Shown one piece after another: positions 45,114 through 56,800 of a stretch of DNA of 64,000 nt. A program made the translations under genes and the position numbers. How positions within the stretch are numbered: position 1 is the first letter of the stretch; each line of letters starts with the position of its first letter. The stretch lies in contig CP154954.1 of assembly GCA_039621445.1 (NCBI GenBank), positions 49,641,847-49,705,846 of the forward strand. The letters are read 5' to 3'. Source of the stretch: Euglena gracilis (taxonomy: Eukaryota). The notes under the pieces were generated by a model, which had not been told where the DNA came from, did no database searches, and worked only from the letters and a program-made list of their open reading frames with translations.

Positions 45114-46730
45114 TCAGGGGGCAAAGCGCGGGGGGTTGCGGGATTTTGCATGAATCTCGTCCAAAGTCAATGCAAAATCTTGGATACTTTGTTCCAATGA
45201 ACCAACCACTTGGAAAAGGTCCGAAATTCTTTCAACATCACTCTGCAAACGCTTAATACGTTTGCGGTATGAGGGTAACTCATCCAAAAGTGGTAGTTTG
45301 TCAACAATGGAGGCAAAATCCGCTGAAAGCTTTGGAAAAGTGGTGTCCAAGAATTGGACCCGCTTAACCAAAGTTTCCATTGCGGTTGTAAGGGTGTTCA
45401 ACCGATTCTCGGTTTGTGGGGTTGTGGTGCCCAACAGGGGTTGGAGTACCCCTACTGCATTTTCAGCGTTTTTGTCATCCATCATTGTAGAAAGTCGGTT
45501 CTCCAACACCGAGATTTGTTGTTTTAGTGTGAGAACTTGTTGGGTGACCGAATTTTCGGTCCTCATCAAGGTTTCACAAAATTCTTGTAAGTTTTCCTGA
45601 TTTTTCGCAAGCATTTGGTCGTAAAATGTGCGAAAATCAAGGGGTAGTTCGACTTCGCGAACCGTTTGTCCATCCGAGGATGGTTGGAGTCCGGAGACCC
45701 TTGTAGAAAGTGTTTGTACGCGTTTTTGTAAATGGGAAGTGGTGGATTGTAAGGTTTTGTGTTGGGTATTCAAATCCGCAAGTGCGGTTTCAATGCCGGT
45801 GATATCCGGAATTGATTTTTGAATACCGTTGCACCGTTTGTGCAAATCCGCAAACGCGGATTCGATTTTGTTCACATCCGCTTGTAACTGATTGTGCAAA
45901 TCGGTTACAGTGGATCGTAATGCTCCCATACTGGGATTTTTGTGGTAAATTTCCGCAAAGCGGCGTTGTAAGTCCCCAATTGCAGTTTGTAGTCCCGAAA
46001 CATCCGCAAAAGCGGTTTTCAGGTCTGCAAACGCAATTTGGAGGTCCGCATTCGCGGGTTGGATGGTACTTATGACCGTTTCTCGGTCTTGGAGTCCCGC
46101 ATTAGCGGTTTGTAAGCTAAGAATCACCGCATCGCGGGATTGGAGTTCCGCCGTAGCGGTTTGTAGCGCATTGGACGCAGTTTCAAGTTTTTGTATGTCG
46201 TTTTGCCACTTTTCATGGAGGAAATCTTGTCGATGCGCGATGTCCGCCACTTGAGTGTGCAATGTGGTCAAATTGTGGGAAACTTCACCGCATTTGCAGG
46301 AAGTTTGTTCCAAACGAGCAATCCGCTCTTCCAGTTGTTGAGCAAAAGCTCTTTGTACATAGTTTTCGCGTATTTGTGCAAAATTTTGATGAAAACTTGC
46401 GTTTTCATCACCCAAACGCAAAATGCGTTCCTGGGATTGTTGTACAACATTGGATAGGGTTGAGAAGTGCTCCTTTGAGAAATATGAGCCAAGTTCCGCA
46501 CCCGTAGGCGCTTTATCCCGTTGTTGTAGGCGGGACTGCATTTCTTGCATTGTATATGAAAAGTTTTCCAGTTGTGTGAACAATTGTTGTACATTTTGTT
46601 GTAAATGTGAAAATTTTGCGTTATTCCGCGATTCCGCGGTTTGGAGGGTCTCTTGTACCTGTTGGAAGTTGTGTACCAAGGTGTTGCGCAAAAATGCGTC
46701 AAAACCTTGGTGGAGGTTCTGAAGGTCCAT
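45114..46730 (-). pseudogene. Long coiled-coil ORF upstream of gag, probably the same frameshifted ORF
   Basis: 538 aa heptad-rich frame (LQTA.ADL repeats) abutting the gag frame; further upstream pieces at 46730-47142. Confidence 0.6.
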
Positions 46731-47339
46731 TGTAGTGGAGTTAAAATTCTTTTGGCAAAATTGTCCAAATTCTTGGATATATTGCCAAAGGAAGTCCAGC
46801 TTGCCGAAAACGGCCTTGTGACTGTCTTCATCAAATTGTAGGACTTGGTTCAGTGTTTTAGCGCAATTTTGGACACATGCTTCGATGTGTCGAAATTGCT
46901 GTTGTAGTGGGTGGTTTCTCCGGTAGATTTGCGACTACGCGCTCAACGGTATTACTGGAGAACGAATCCCGGTCTTCCTCGGGGTCATTGTCCATGGGAA
47001 CAATGACACCGGCAGTGTCCGGGACCACCAACCGCATTTCAGCGGACCAAGGTAGTTCTGGGATTTCTCCCAATTGTGGAGGGGGGGGCAAGTCCCGAAT
47101 GGGGCTTACCGGTGGTAGTGCCGGGGGGGGGGGAAAAAACAAGGTGTTTCCAACCCGTCCTCGTAAGGGGGGGGCTCTGTAGGCAATTGGGTGCCAAAAG
47201 GCACTAATTGCCAGTTCCGTTCGGGCATTCTGCCCACTTGTGAGTCAGACTCCGCAGAAGCGGAGGGGGTCCATAGACCCATTGTAGGGTTATGTTGTAC
47301 CGCAAATGCGGCTGTTTTAACAGTGTGTCCGCGAATGCG

Positions 47340-47720
47340 GGTTGGGTCCGTAGACCCTTGTAGGGGGGGGGTACCGCCGAAGCGGCTTGGGTCCGAAGAC
47401 CCTTGGAGGGGGGGGGGACCGCCAAAGCGGCTTGGCCCCAAAACCCCTTGGAGGGGGGGGGGGACCGCCGAAGCGGCTTGGGTCCGAAGACCCTTGGAGG
47501 GGGGGGGTACCGCCGAAGCGGCTTGTTGGGGGGGGGGGCACCGCCAAAGGGGGTTGGGTTCGAAAACCCAGTTGTGGGGGGGGTGCCGCCGAAGCGGCTT
47601 GGGCTTCCGCCCCTTGTATGGAAAAATTTTCCACCACAGAAGCGGCTTGGGCATCCCCCCCTTGTGGATAAAAAGTTTCTGTCGCTAAAGCGACTTGGGC
47701 ATTCGCCCCTTGTAAAGAAA
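47340..47720. repeat. ~42-bp tandem repeat in the retroelement leader
   Basis: CCGCCGAAGCGGCTTGGGTCCGAAGACCCTTGGAGGGGGGG reiterated and decaying. Confidence 0.85.
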
Positions 47721-48034
47721 AATTATTTGTCGCCGTAGCGACTTCGTATGCAGTGTCCAGTCAACGAAGCGACCCAATTAACAAAGCATAGTTAATAGGT
47801 GCGTTTCCAGTATGTGCATGTGCACTTTGCATTTTAGATTAAAAAATGGGAAAATTTTTGTGAAAATCGTAAAAATTGTAAAAATTTGTGTGAAAAGACC
47901 GAAAAATATAAGCAAAGGTGGGGGCTCAGAGGCGTTGTGATGCAGCCGTAGCCACTTGTTCCCCTGAGACACCTCGCCCGTGCTTAGGCGCCTTATTCTG
48001 AGTTTTTCTTTGGTCGTTCGACCGTTAAACCTAT

Positions 48035-48044
48035 TCTGCTACCA
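48035..48044 (-). promoter_or_regulatory. Primer-binding site complementary to the initiator tRNA-Met 3' end
   Basis: TGGTAGCAGA lies 2 nt after a CA; eukaryotic tRNA-iMet commonly ends ...UCUGCUACCA. Confidence 0.7.
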
Positions 48045-48899
48045 AGTGTACGTCCCACCCCGGCTTTTCTACTTATGCTTTCCTCCCGAAAAGCCCGTGG
48101 GGGGAGTAACAATAAAATTTGCTTCCCTTTTCCCCTTTTGAATGCAAAGCACACAAGCAGAAGAATTGGTGGGACCGCAGTTCCTTATATGAAAGTGACT
48201 TTTGCTGTTTCGAGCTTTGTAAAATAAAGAAATAAAACTTGTATTCAATTGGGACTTCGCCCTCAGAATTCTAAATCAGAATTGCAAAGCACCAAAACCC
48301 AATAACCTTGAATTAGGAACCAGTTACTTTCGCTAAGCTTTCGCTAGCTCTGAGATTGTCTCTTTGTCTTATGGTTTAACCATGCCACTGTGTACAGCCT
48401 GGCCGTAGCCAGCTTGTAGGCCGTAGGCCATTGTATCTGGTACACAGTGCCATGGCAGAATGGCTGCCTGGTACACAAGACACCCCCCTCCATCAAAGGT
48501 TGCAAAAAAGCCTAAAATGTCCAACACCCCCAGCCCAGCCCCCCCCAAAATCATCTGATCCAAGAAATAAATTCCATGGAGGAAAAATGGGGAGACACCC
48601 CCCTCCCCCCCTGCAAAACACCCCCCCCCCCCCCATCATCAGCACAACCCCCCTGGTCCACCCCCCAGCCCCCCCTTCCCCAGCCAGCCAAAAGGAGAAA
48701 AAAAAATGAAAAAAAACAGGAAAAAAAGGTGGCAAAACAACCAAAAAAAATGGGGAAAAAATAAAACAGGAAAATGATCAGGCAGATGGGCATTCAACAT
48801 CCCCCTGGGTCAATGCACATTTTCCACCCACCCAAAACCCAGAGCCAACCTGGACCTGAAAGCAGCTGTTGGATTATTCAAGTCAGCAGCATTAATCCC

Positions 48900-50570
48900 A
48901 GTTTTAATTTCGAAATCAGGGGGCCAAATGGGAATGATCAGCGACTGCAGAGAATTAATCAGCAGTTTCAAGTGAAACCTTTCAAGCTGGATCACATCCA
49001 GCACATTTTCCAGTTTTGGAAAAGGGCCACTGGGCAGCCAAATAGACCTGAAGATGCCTATTTTCATATTCCAGTAAGTCCAGGCCTAAGGCCATTTTAA
49101 GGCATCAGGTTGCAGACCTGGCAATTCCAGGCAGGCCGTTTTGGCCTGAATTTAATGCCCAAACTTTTCATGTCAGTCATGAAAATCGAAAAGCTGTAGA
49201 GGAAAAGGGGCATCCAGGTATTTATTTACCTGTACGACATTTTGCTGGTGGCCTCAACACAAATCATCTTACAAAATCACCTGAACACAGTGGTCAGGGA
49301 TTTAATCAAATCAGGGTTCAAAATCAATGTAAAAAAGTCCACCCTGCAGCCCACCCAAATCGTAAATCATCTTGGATTTCAACTAAACTTCCAAGAGGGA
49401 AAATTACAGGTGCCCCCCCAGAAAATAAAAACAGTAAAAAAGGAGCTGGGAAAAATGGTGAAAAAAGATTACATGTCAAAAAGGCAATTGGCTGCCATTT
49501 TGGGCCAAATCAGATGCAATCTCATGGCCCTGCCCTTTCTAAGGGCCTTTACGGATGCCCTGGCAAATTTTTCAGTGGAAAATTCTACAGCCCCCTGGGA
49601 CTCAAAACACCCCATCTCCCAAAGAATAAAGGACCAATTAAGAGAAATAAAAAACCTGCTGGACACCTGGGGGGGCAGACCCTTCCCCCAAAGTGCAACC
49701 AGAGAGTTGCACTCAGACAGCAGCACCCATGCCTGGGGGGGGGGGCTGGACATTCGAACAGGAAAAATTGTGCAAGAATTTTGGAGGGAAAACTCCATTC
49801 TGCACATAAATGTCAAAGAATTAAGTGCAGCAATAAGCACAGTTCAAAGCCTCAGCCAGACAGGGGAAACTGTGTCCCTATCCGTGGACAGTCAAGTAAT
49901 TTACTATTACTTAACAAAAGGGGGGGGGGCAGAAAGACCCCTTCAATTCCATGCTAAGACCCTTCTTCAAATGGTGCATGGAACACAACATAAACCTGCA
50001 AGTAAAGTGTGTCCCTCAAAAGAATGCCTGGCAGACCCCATAAGCAGGTGGGAAATGGACAGGGGGTATTATTCCCTAGACCCCCAACTTTTTCAATGGC
50101 TGAGGCAGCAGTTCAAAAATTACATAAGCCTGAAAACAGACCTTTTTGCCTCACCAGGCAACAAAAAACTGCCACAATTTGTGGCCAGGTGGCCCCACTG
50201 GGAAGCCACAGCAGTTGATGCATTGCAATGTCCACTGGACAACATGGGGGGCCTTTATGCAAATCCCCCCTGGTCTGTAATTCAAAAATTTCTCCCCAGA
50301 TTAAGAAGGTTTCCACAAGACAAAGTTTTGATGGTCACCCCCTACTGGGATTCAGCCACATGGTGGCCCCAGTTAATAAAAATGAAAGTACTAGGGTCCC
50401 CTTGCCTGAAAATCACCCCTTACAAGGGTATGTTCACTAATTGCAGGGGGGAAGAAATGCCACCCCCCAGGTGGCCCCTACTTTGCATGGTTTGCTCAGG
50501 CAAATTCTGGAGGGGAAACAAATACAAAATACATCCATTAACGATTTCCTGGGAAGAAACCCCAGATTAA
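48900..50570 (+). pseudogene. DIRS pol: reverse transcriptase, RNase H and DAM-like methyltransferase domain (frameshifts, stops)
   Basis: RT: FKLDH, DAYFHIPV, FGL, IYLYDIL (YLDD mutated), GFKINVKKS..LG. RNase H: SDSS..AWGG, HINVKELSA, ADPISR. MT: DLFASPGNKKL, DAL, YANPPWS. Confidence 0.9.
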
Positions 50571-51420
50571 AGCGTTATCAAAGCGCTTTTACGCTTTTAT
50601 GGGTGATTTTGGACAAAATGGGGGTACCCCCCCCTGAAGCCACCACTGACCAAGTGGTTGACGCTTTAATTCAACTGTTTCAATTTTCAAAGGCCCAAGC
50701 ACGCAATGCATACAGTGCTATGCTATTAATCCCTTGCTTTGGGGGCCTGAGGTTCCATACCATGTTAGCACCTTATAAAAGGCTTTGGAACCAAAACCTG
50801 GAGAAATATGGTGCATTCTGGGATCCCCTCCCAATCCTCCTGGGGCTGGCACAGTCCCCCCTGCCCTCTGATATTTGCACATTGCGTACACAACTCATTT
50901 TCTGTTCACGCATCCTCTGTTTATACAGAAGTTCAGATTTGGCACAGGTCCAAAGAACCACCAGTGTGTTGGGGGCGGCACCCTACATCAAAATTAAACG
51001 TAAAGGGCAAAAGCTCCATATGTGGGAGAGAGTTGTCTCCATTCCCCAGTGCCCCCAAATCAGCCCCTTTCATTTAATGTGGCTTATGTGGCAGCAACAC
51101 GTTTCTTTATGAAACCTGGGGGCCCCCTGTTAATTACGTTAAAAACCCCCTACAAAGCCATTAAGGCAGATACCATTGCTTCTATCACCAAAGAATTTTT
51201 GCCCAAACAGGGGGTACTCCCCCAGGTTTGGGGACCCCACTCCACCAGAGGGGCAGGGGTTGGTTTACTCAAAAAAATGGGCCTTTCTGCCCAAGAAGTT
51301 TGTGCAATTGGTCAATGGAAGGGGGTGGAGGCTTTCACAGCCCACTATCAAAGACTTGGTGCTCAAGGTTCTTTGGAGAATGCCCTGGCCCCCCTTTTTT
51401 CAGTGCACAATCTGGCCTCA
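50441..51420 (+). pseudogene. Tyrosine recombinase (one frameshift near 51080)
   Basis: YRSSDLA (R), KRKG (K), HSTRG (HxxR), GQW (H/W), HY (Y). Confidence 0.88.
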
Positions 51421-51448
51421 CAATGGCAAAGTGCGGAGCCCGAGGTGT

Positions 51449-51821
51449 CTCGTACTCCCTCGAGGCAGACCGAGAAGGGAGGAAGGGACACCGAGGGCGA
51501 AGCACAAAGACATTGTGAGCCCGACCCTCCCACCCACATACGAAAATTTGTCTTCAAACGCCCTCCGTCAGAAGATGGGGGCCAGGGGGGGGGGGGGGGA
51601 GGGGGGGGGGCCCGCCAGGGGAAAAGACAGCGCCATGGTCGCCACGTCGGAGACAATGCAGCCAACTCCGGCGAGGCAGCACTAAGCGGGACCTCCTAAC
51701 CCAGCGCAGCGAACAGTCACACAACAAACCGCCGGCGAGCAAGGCATGGCCTCACAATGTCTTTGTGCTTCGCCCTCGGTGTCCCTTCCTCCCTTCTCGG
51801 TCTGCCTCGAGGGAGTACGAG
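51449..51821. repeat. Perfect 71-bp inverted pair (51449-51519 and 51751-51821), DIRS ICR/right-terminus-like
   Basis: CTCGTACTCCC...CATTGTGAG and its exact reverse complement. Confidence 0.9.
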
Positions 51822-51913
51822 TCAGGCCGCGGCCCAACCAGGGCCAAATTTGGCTTTTTTTGGTTGGGCCGCGGCCGGTACACAGCGAACCGGACAGTCA
51901 TGGGAGGTTGGGC

Positions 51914-52196
51914 CAGGCTTCTTTTTAAGTTCCCTGCCCCCCCCCCCCCCCCGGGGGGTGGGTGGGTGGGTCCGGGCCGGACCCCCTCCCGGGGGGGGGG
52001 GGTCCCGCGCCGGAGGCGCTGGGTATACCTTTTCGGCGCGAAGCGCAGAAAATTTTTGAAAATTACCTTTAACGGGCCCGATTTTGGGGGGGTCCCCGGA
52101 CCCCCCAACCCCCACCGGGTGGGTTCCGCCCCACCCTGCGTGGGGGGGGGGGACCCCCCCCCCTCCCCCCCCCCTGGGGTCTTAAAAAGAAGCCTG
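51914..52196. mobile_element. hAT-type MITE, TIR CAGGCTTCTTTTTAAG
   Basis: Perfect 16-bp TIR; flanks GGTTGGGC / GGTTTGGC (7/8); nested in a CCGCGG-motif element spanning ~51823-52460. Confidence 0.9.
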
Positions 52197-53800
52197 GGTT
52201 TGGCCGCGGTCGGCCGCGGCCGACGGCGGCCCAACCATTTCTTTTTTTTTTTGGTAGGGTGACGGTCAACCGCGGACGAACGCGGCCCAACCAAAATTTT
52301 ACCCAAGGTTGGGTCGCGGTCGACCGCGGTCAGCCGCGGTCGACCGCGGCCAAACCAACTTCATTCTGGCTGGAACTTGGTTGGGCCGCGCACGACCGCG
52401 GCCAAACCCAAACACAATTTTGGTTAGACCGCGGCCGACCGCGGCCCAACCAACGGCCGCCCAAACTCCCGCGAACATCCACCCCCTTCCCCTCCACCTT
52501 CCTTTGTCGGTTCCGGATGGGGGGCGGGGAGGTCACATCTTCTATCAGCCCGATTTTTCCTGTCTTTCTTCTCCCTAGGGATTGTGGGGGGTACATTGTC
52601 TGTTTTTTTGCATCTCCTCTGTGGTGGGGTCGGTTTTCTGGTGGCTGCTGTTTTTTGCGAAGGCCAGCGCGGGCGACACGCCCTCACAGGAAAGGCGCAG
52701 GGACTGTCGTTTTAAAACGCACGACGTCCTCCCCCCAAAATAAAAAGCCCCCCTGACTTTAATTTTCGACTGGCTTTTTTGGTGGACACAAGGGTATCCC
52801 CCAAGAAACTTTCCGGACCGCAATACCATCTTCCGGGGGGTGGAGCCTACCTGCCCAGGCACTCCCAGGCCCCCCTTTGATACCCTCCCCCTTCCAGCTT
52901 GCAACCTGGACATGGTCGCCCCGGCAGCTTACCGTTGCCACGGTGCGGGCTTGGGGTGGGGACCCGCGAATCCCCTTAGGGCAAACCGACCAGGGAGGAG
53001 GGGACACCGAGGGCGAGCCAATAGGGCGAGCCAGCGAATAAGGCCATGCCTTATGCGCGGCGGTGCTGTGCGATTGTTTTGCTCTTTATTGGAGGCAAAG
53101 CGCAAAACCCGGATGGCGCTGGTCTTGGGAGTTCCGTCGTTGGGGTTTGGAGGCCTCATTTTTTTTCCCTTTCGGAAGCTGGAGGGGAAGAAGTCGTTCA
53201 GTCGTTTAAGTTTATGACCCTTTCATGATTTCAGCTTTTTGGATTGGCGGTGGCGGTCGGAAAACCAAAACGTTGCCGCCAGAAGAAAAAACTTTTTTTT
53301 GCGCCGAAGGGAACCTTTGGCCTAAAAGTCTCCGCGCAAAGGCAAAGGCGCAAAAAATACGACAACTCGGGCTCCGCACTTTCCCCTTGTGTGGGGCAAT
53401 TGGCGGGGGGAAAACGCTGCCCGGGACATTCCCAGAAAAACAGGGGCCTTTTTTTTCCTCTTGAGGCAGATTCCGAAGGTGCGCCCCAAAGAACAAAAAT
53501 GAGGGGAGGAGGGGGAAGAGGAGGGCTTTATTTTTTTTACTGGCATTGACCCCAAAAAAACCCCGCAATTTCCCACCAGGAATCAAAACCCAATTCTCCA
53601 GCCTGGAACCAGGGAGGACGCCTGCTCAGTCGCCTTCAAAGCAAAAAACAAAGCAATGAACATTTTTTGCGAATGTGGAGGGGCAAAAAATTATCAATGG
53701 TTAACGTTGCTTTGAGATAATATACAACGTACGCTCCCCAACAGTGGTCAGACATAAAAAGAAGAGAACACAGGAAGAGGAAGAATAAGCTGCATGCCGA

Positions 53801-56800
53801 TCAGTCATCCTGAAGAGAAAATAAATGGAAAAATCGAACGAACAAAAGCAGGAAAAAAAAGACAACACAGAATGTGCTTACCCCCCCCCCTATGTCCAAT
53901 GACCGGTAACCTCTGTCCGGGTGGTCGTTGGACATAGGGTAGTGACCAAAAAGGTGTCCTCTGACTATACATCTCTCTAAGGTTTTGCGAACCCCCCCGG
54001 GGGGGGGGGGCGGCTGCAGCCAGCCCCGAGTTGGGCCCAGCCCAGCCGCAGCAGCACCCCCCCGGGGGGGGGGGGTTGCTAGCCCAGCTTGCCAGCCCTT
54101 TTTTGGGGGTCCAGCACAAAATTTTTCGGCGCAAAGCGCCGAATTTTTTTGAAAAATTGTGTTCAAAAGTGGCCAAAAATGGGGTTTGGGGGGCGTTTGC
54201 GGCATTTTTGGGGGGTTTCAGATGCATCATTTTTCAAAACTGTGTTCTGCAGGTCATTTTTGGGCATTTTTCCGATTTCAGTCCAGCTCGCCCCGGTTCG
54301 GGTCCAGCCGGGGCCTAGCCCCCCCGGGGGGGGGGGGCGGGCTAGCCAGCCCAAATTTCTAGCCCTAGCCCAGCACCCCCCCCGGGGTCCTTAAAGAGAT
54401 GTATGCCTCTGACCTGGGGGGGGGGGTCGTTGGACATGGGGTCAAAAGAAAGTTGGTGGGTACCCGGGTCCCTGCCCACCCAAAAATGCCCAAATTTTCC
54501 CTTCCGGCGCTTCGCGCCGAAAATTTTGGGCAATTTTGACAAATTTTTGTCCAAAAAGTGTCAAAAATGGCATTTTGGCCAAATTTTTGGCCAAATTTTG
54601 GGCAAAAATTTTCGTCCCGGCGCTTCACGCCGGGACCAAAAATTTGGTCAAACCTCCGAAAAGGTGTCCTCTGACCGGGGGGGGGGGGTGGTCATTGGAC
54701 ATAGGGGGTTCGTTGGACATAGGGAGGGGGTACCTTAAATACACATCCGGCACAGGATTGTTTTTTCGGATGCTAAAAAAGCAACTAAGAAATACCTTTC
54801 CATCTTTCTCGTCATCATCATCTTCGATATCCAGATCCCAGCCATCCTGCAAGAACGACAGGGAAGACCTTCGAAGGCTTAAAAAGAATGCAAAGAAAAT
54901 GATTCCTTTCAAGCAAGAATGGAACGGAACTTTTTGGAATTGCATTTTGATGCCAGCATTCCAAGGTGGGAAACGTTCCAGGCTAAAGAAGAAACCAGCG
55001 CACAGCAAAAAGTCTTTGGTTTGATGCCAATGCCCACAACCATTGAACCTCCAAATCAAGCCACGCCACACCGCGCCGTTTCACACAGGGGCACACCCCA
55101 CCCTCCACAGCGTCCACCCCGTCCACGTCTTCCGCGCGCTCCCCGTCCCCGTCCGCCCCGTCCTCCGGCTCCTCTACGACGTGCACGCCATCCCCAGGGA
55201 GGCATGGGAAAGCTGTTGGGGGGGGTCGCGCCCCCCACCACCACCCATGGCATTAAAGAAAATTTGAGCGGGAGGGTGGTCCTCGTAAATTTTTCACTTG
55301 GGCTCAAATGGGTCGTAGGGAAAACGAGGGAGGTGGTTGACCCGGCCCACTCCGGCCCGGCCCAGTGGCCCAGCAGCCCGGCAGGCTGGTGGGGTGCTTG
55401 TCGGCCTGGCATTTGGTTTTGGCCGGTCTGGGGGTTGAAAAGCACTCTTTTTTGATGTTTCTGGGTGGATGGGCGAAGGGTGGGGGCCAGAGGTCTCAAA
55501 CATCTGCCGCCTCATGGCATCATCAGGCAAATACCCCATAGTCGTGCTCCAGACCTCCCACTGACTTTGTGTTTTGAAAGTTATCATCAGGGATGAGAGG
55601 CAAAAATGCCGAGATCAAGACAATTTTCGCTACGTTGCCTTTCCTGGTCACAAATTTTCCTTTCGTTGGCCATTTTCATTGCGGTTTTGACATGGAGGTG
55701 ACACAGAGGGGCAGAGGAGGTTGAACAACCTCCACCTCTGTCTCTGCCTCTATCCCTCCACCTCCATGCAGCCTTGGGCCAACAAGGGACCCCCCCCTGT
55801 TTTACCGGTGCAAGGGGTGCACAATAGACCTCACTTGGGGGAAGTGCGGAGCCCGAAGCCCGAAGGGTCTCGCACTCCCCCGAGGCGGACCGAGAGGGGA
55901 GGAAGGGCAGTCCTTGACAAAAAAAATTCTGTCCCACATTGACTGCCCGGGTGGTCCGACCTCCGGGGGCGGGGGTCAGCCCCCCGTCGGAATTTGGGGA
56001 CTCCCGGACAGCCCTGGCCGTCCCCGTCCCCGTTACTGGCGTCGGGCTCCCCAATGGGGTCCGCCGCCGGGGCGGGGGCGCCGGTGCCCATCGCGTCGGG
56101 GGCCAGGCCGGCGGGGGCGTCGACCTCCTTGGGGGCTGTCCGCTGCGGACCCCCGGGACCAGGCACGGCCCATGGCAGGCTTTGTATGTCGAGGGGGGGG
56201 TACCCGAAGCAGACTGCCTGGGTCGACGGTGGCTGTTCTAGCGGGAAACCTTGGACCCGTGCATCAAAGGGCATCAAGGGGCAGCAGACTTTGCCCAGCA
56301 AAGGCTCGCGAATGGGTTACACCCCAAACAAAAAAGCACCCCGTTTTTTTGTTGTGGCGGTGAAAGATTTGCCACATTAAATTCATTGTTTTCTTTCAAT
56401 TCACTTTCATTTGTTAATTTTTCTGTCAAGAATTTCTGCCTTTATTGAAAAATATTCAACAATTATCAACTCAGTATTATCATTGTCATCGTCATCATCA
56501 TCATGCTGATGAATGTTTGAGAATTTCACAATATGTTTGAACACAACAAAACACTCTTTAACGTTTGTCCAATGGAAGCCAACACAATTTTTGGAGTGTC
56601 GAACCGCATTGTCAATATGGTGGTCCACGATGTTCCTTGAGTCCTGTGTGTGTGTGGATGTGTGTCGGCGCACGCATGCGGGTGCGTGTGCGCAGGCACG
56701 TAACTGCTTTAGATGTCGCTCAGCAGAATTCCGCAGGAAGTTTTACATGGGGGCAACTTTTCCCATCCCCAACCAGCAGCGGTTGGAGGCCCGCAGGACG

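Larger units (their letters stand above)
43400..48350 (-). mobile_element. 3'-truncated LTR retrotransposon (5' LTR, PBS, long gag; no pol seen)
   Basis: Minus strand: ...GGGACGTACA-CT-TGGTAGCAGA (LTR end CA followed by PBS), TATA-like CATATAAGG at ~48183-48191, downstream gag-like ORFs. Outer boundaries are approximate. Confidence 0.7.
48400..51821 (+). mobile_element. Decayed DIRS-type tyrosine-recombinase retrotransposon
   Basis: Domain order RT-RNaseH-MT, an overlapping YR ORF and an internal/terminal inverted pair; 5' boundary approximate, no gag seen. Confidence 0.9.

Noticed and set aside
47340-47720. CRISPR-like appearance of regularly spaced repeats (also 2977-3352 and 8690-9340)
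   Set aside because: The intervening sequences are copies of each other rather than unique spacers, there are no cas genes, and the context is eukaryotic.
50100-50460. Bacterial restriction-modification methylase or horizontal transfer
   Set aside because: The domain is in frame with RNase H, as is usual for DIRS1-like elements.
54811-54882. Plus-strand frame VIIIFDIQIP as a possible last exon of the reductase gene
   Set aside because: It is the antisense of the AG/GT-bounded DGWDLDIEDDDD exon; a better last exon lies at 43081-43152.
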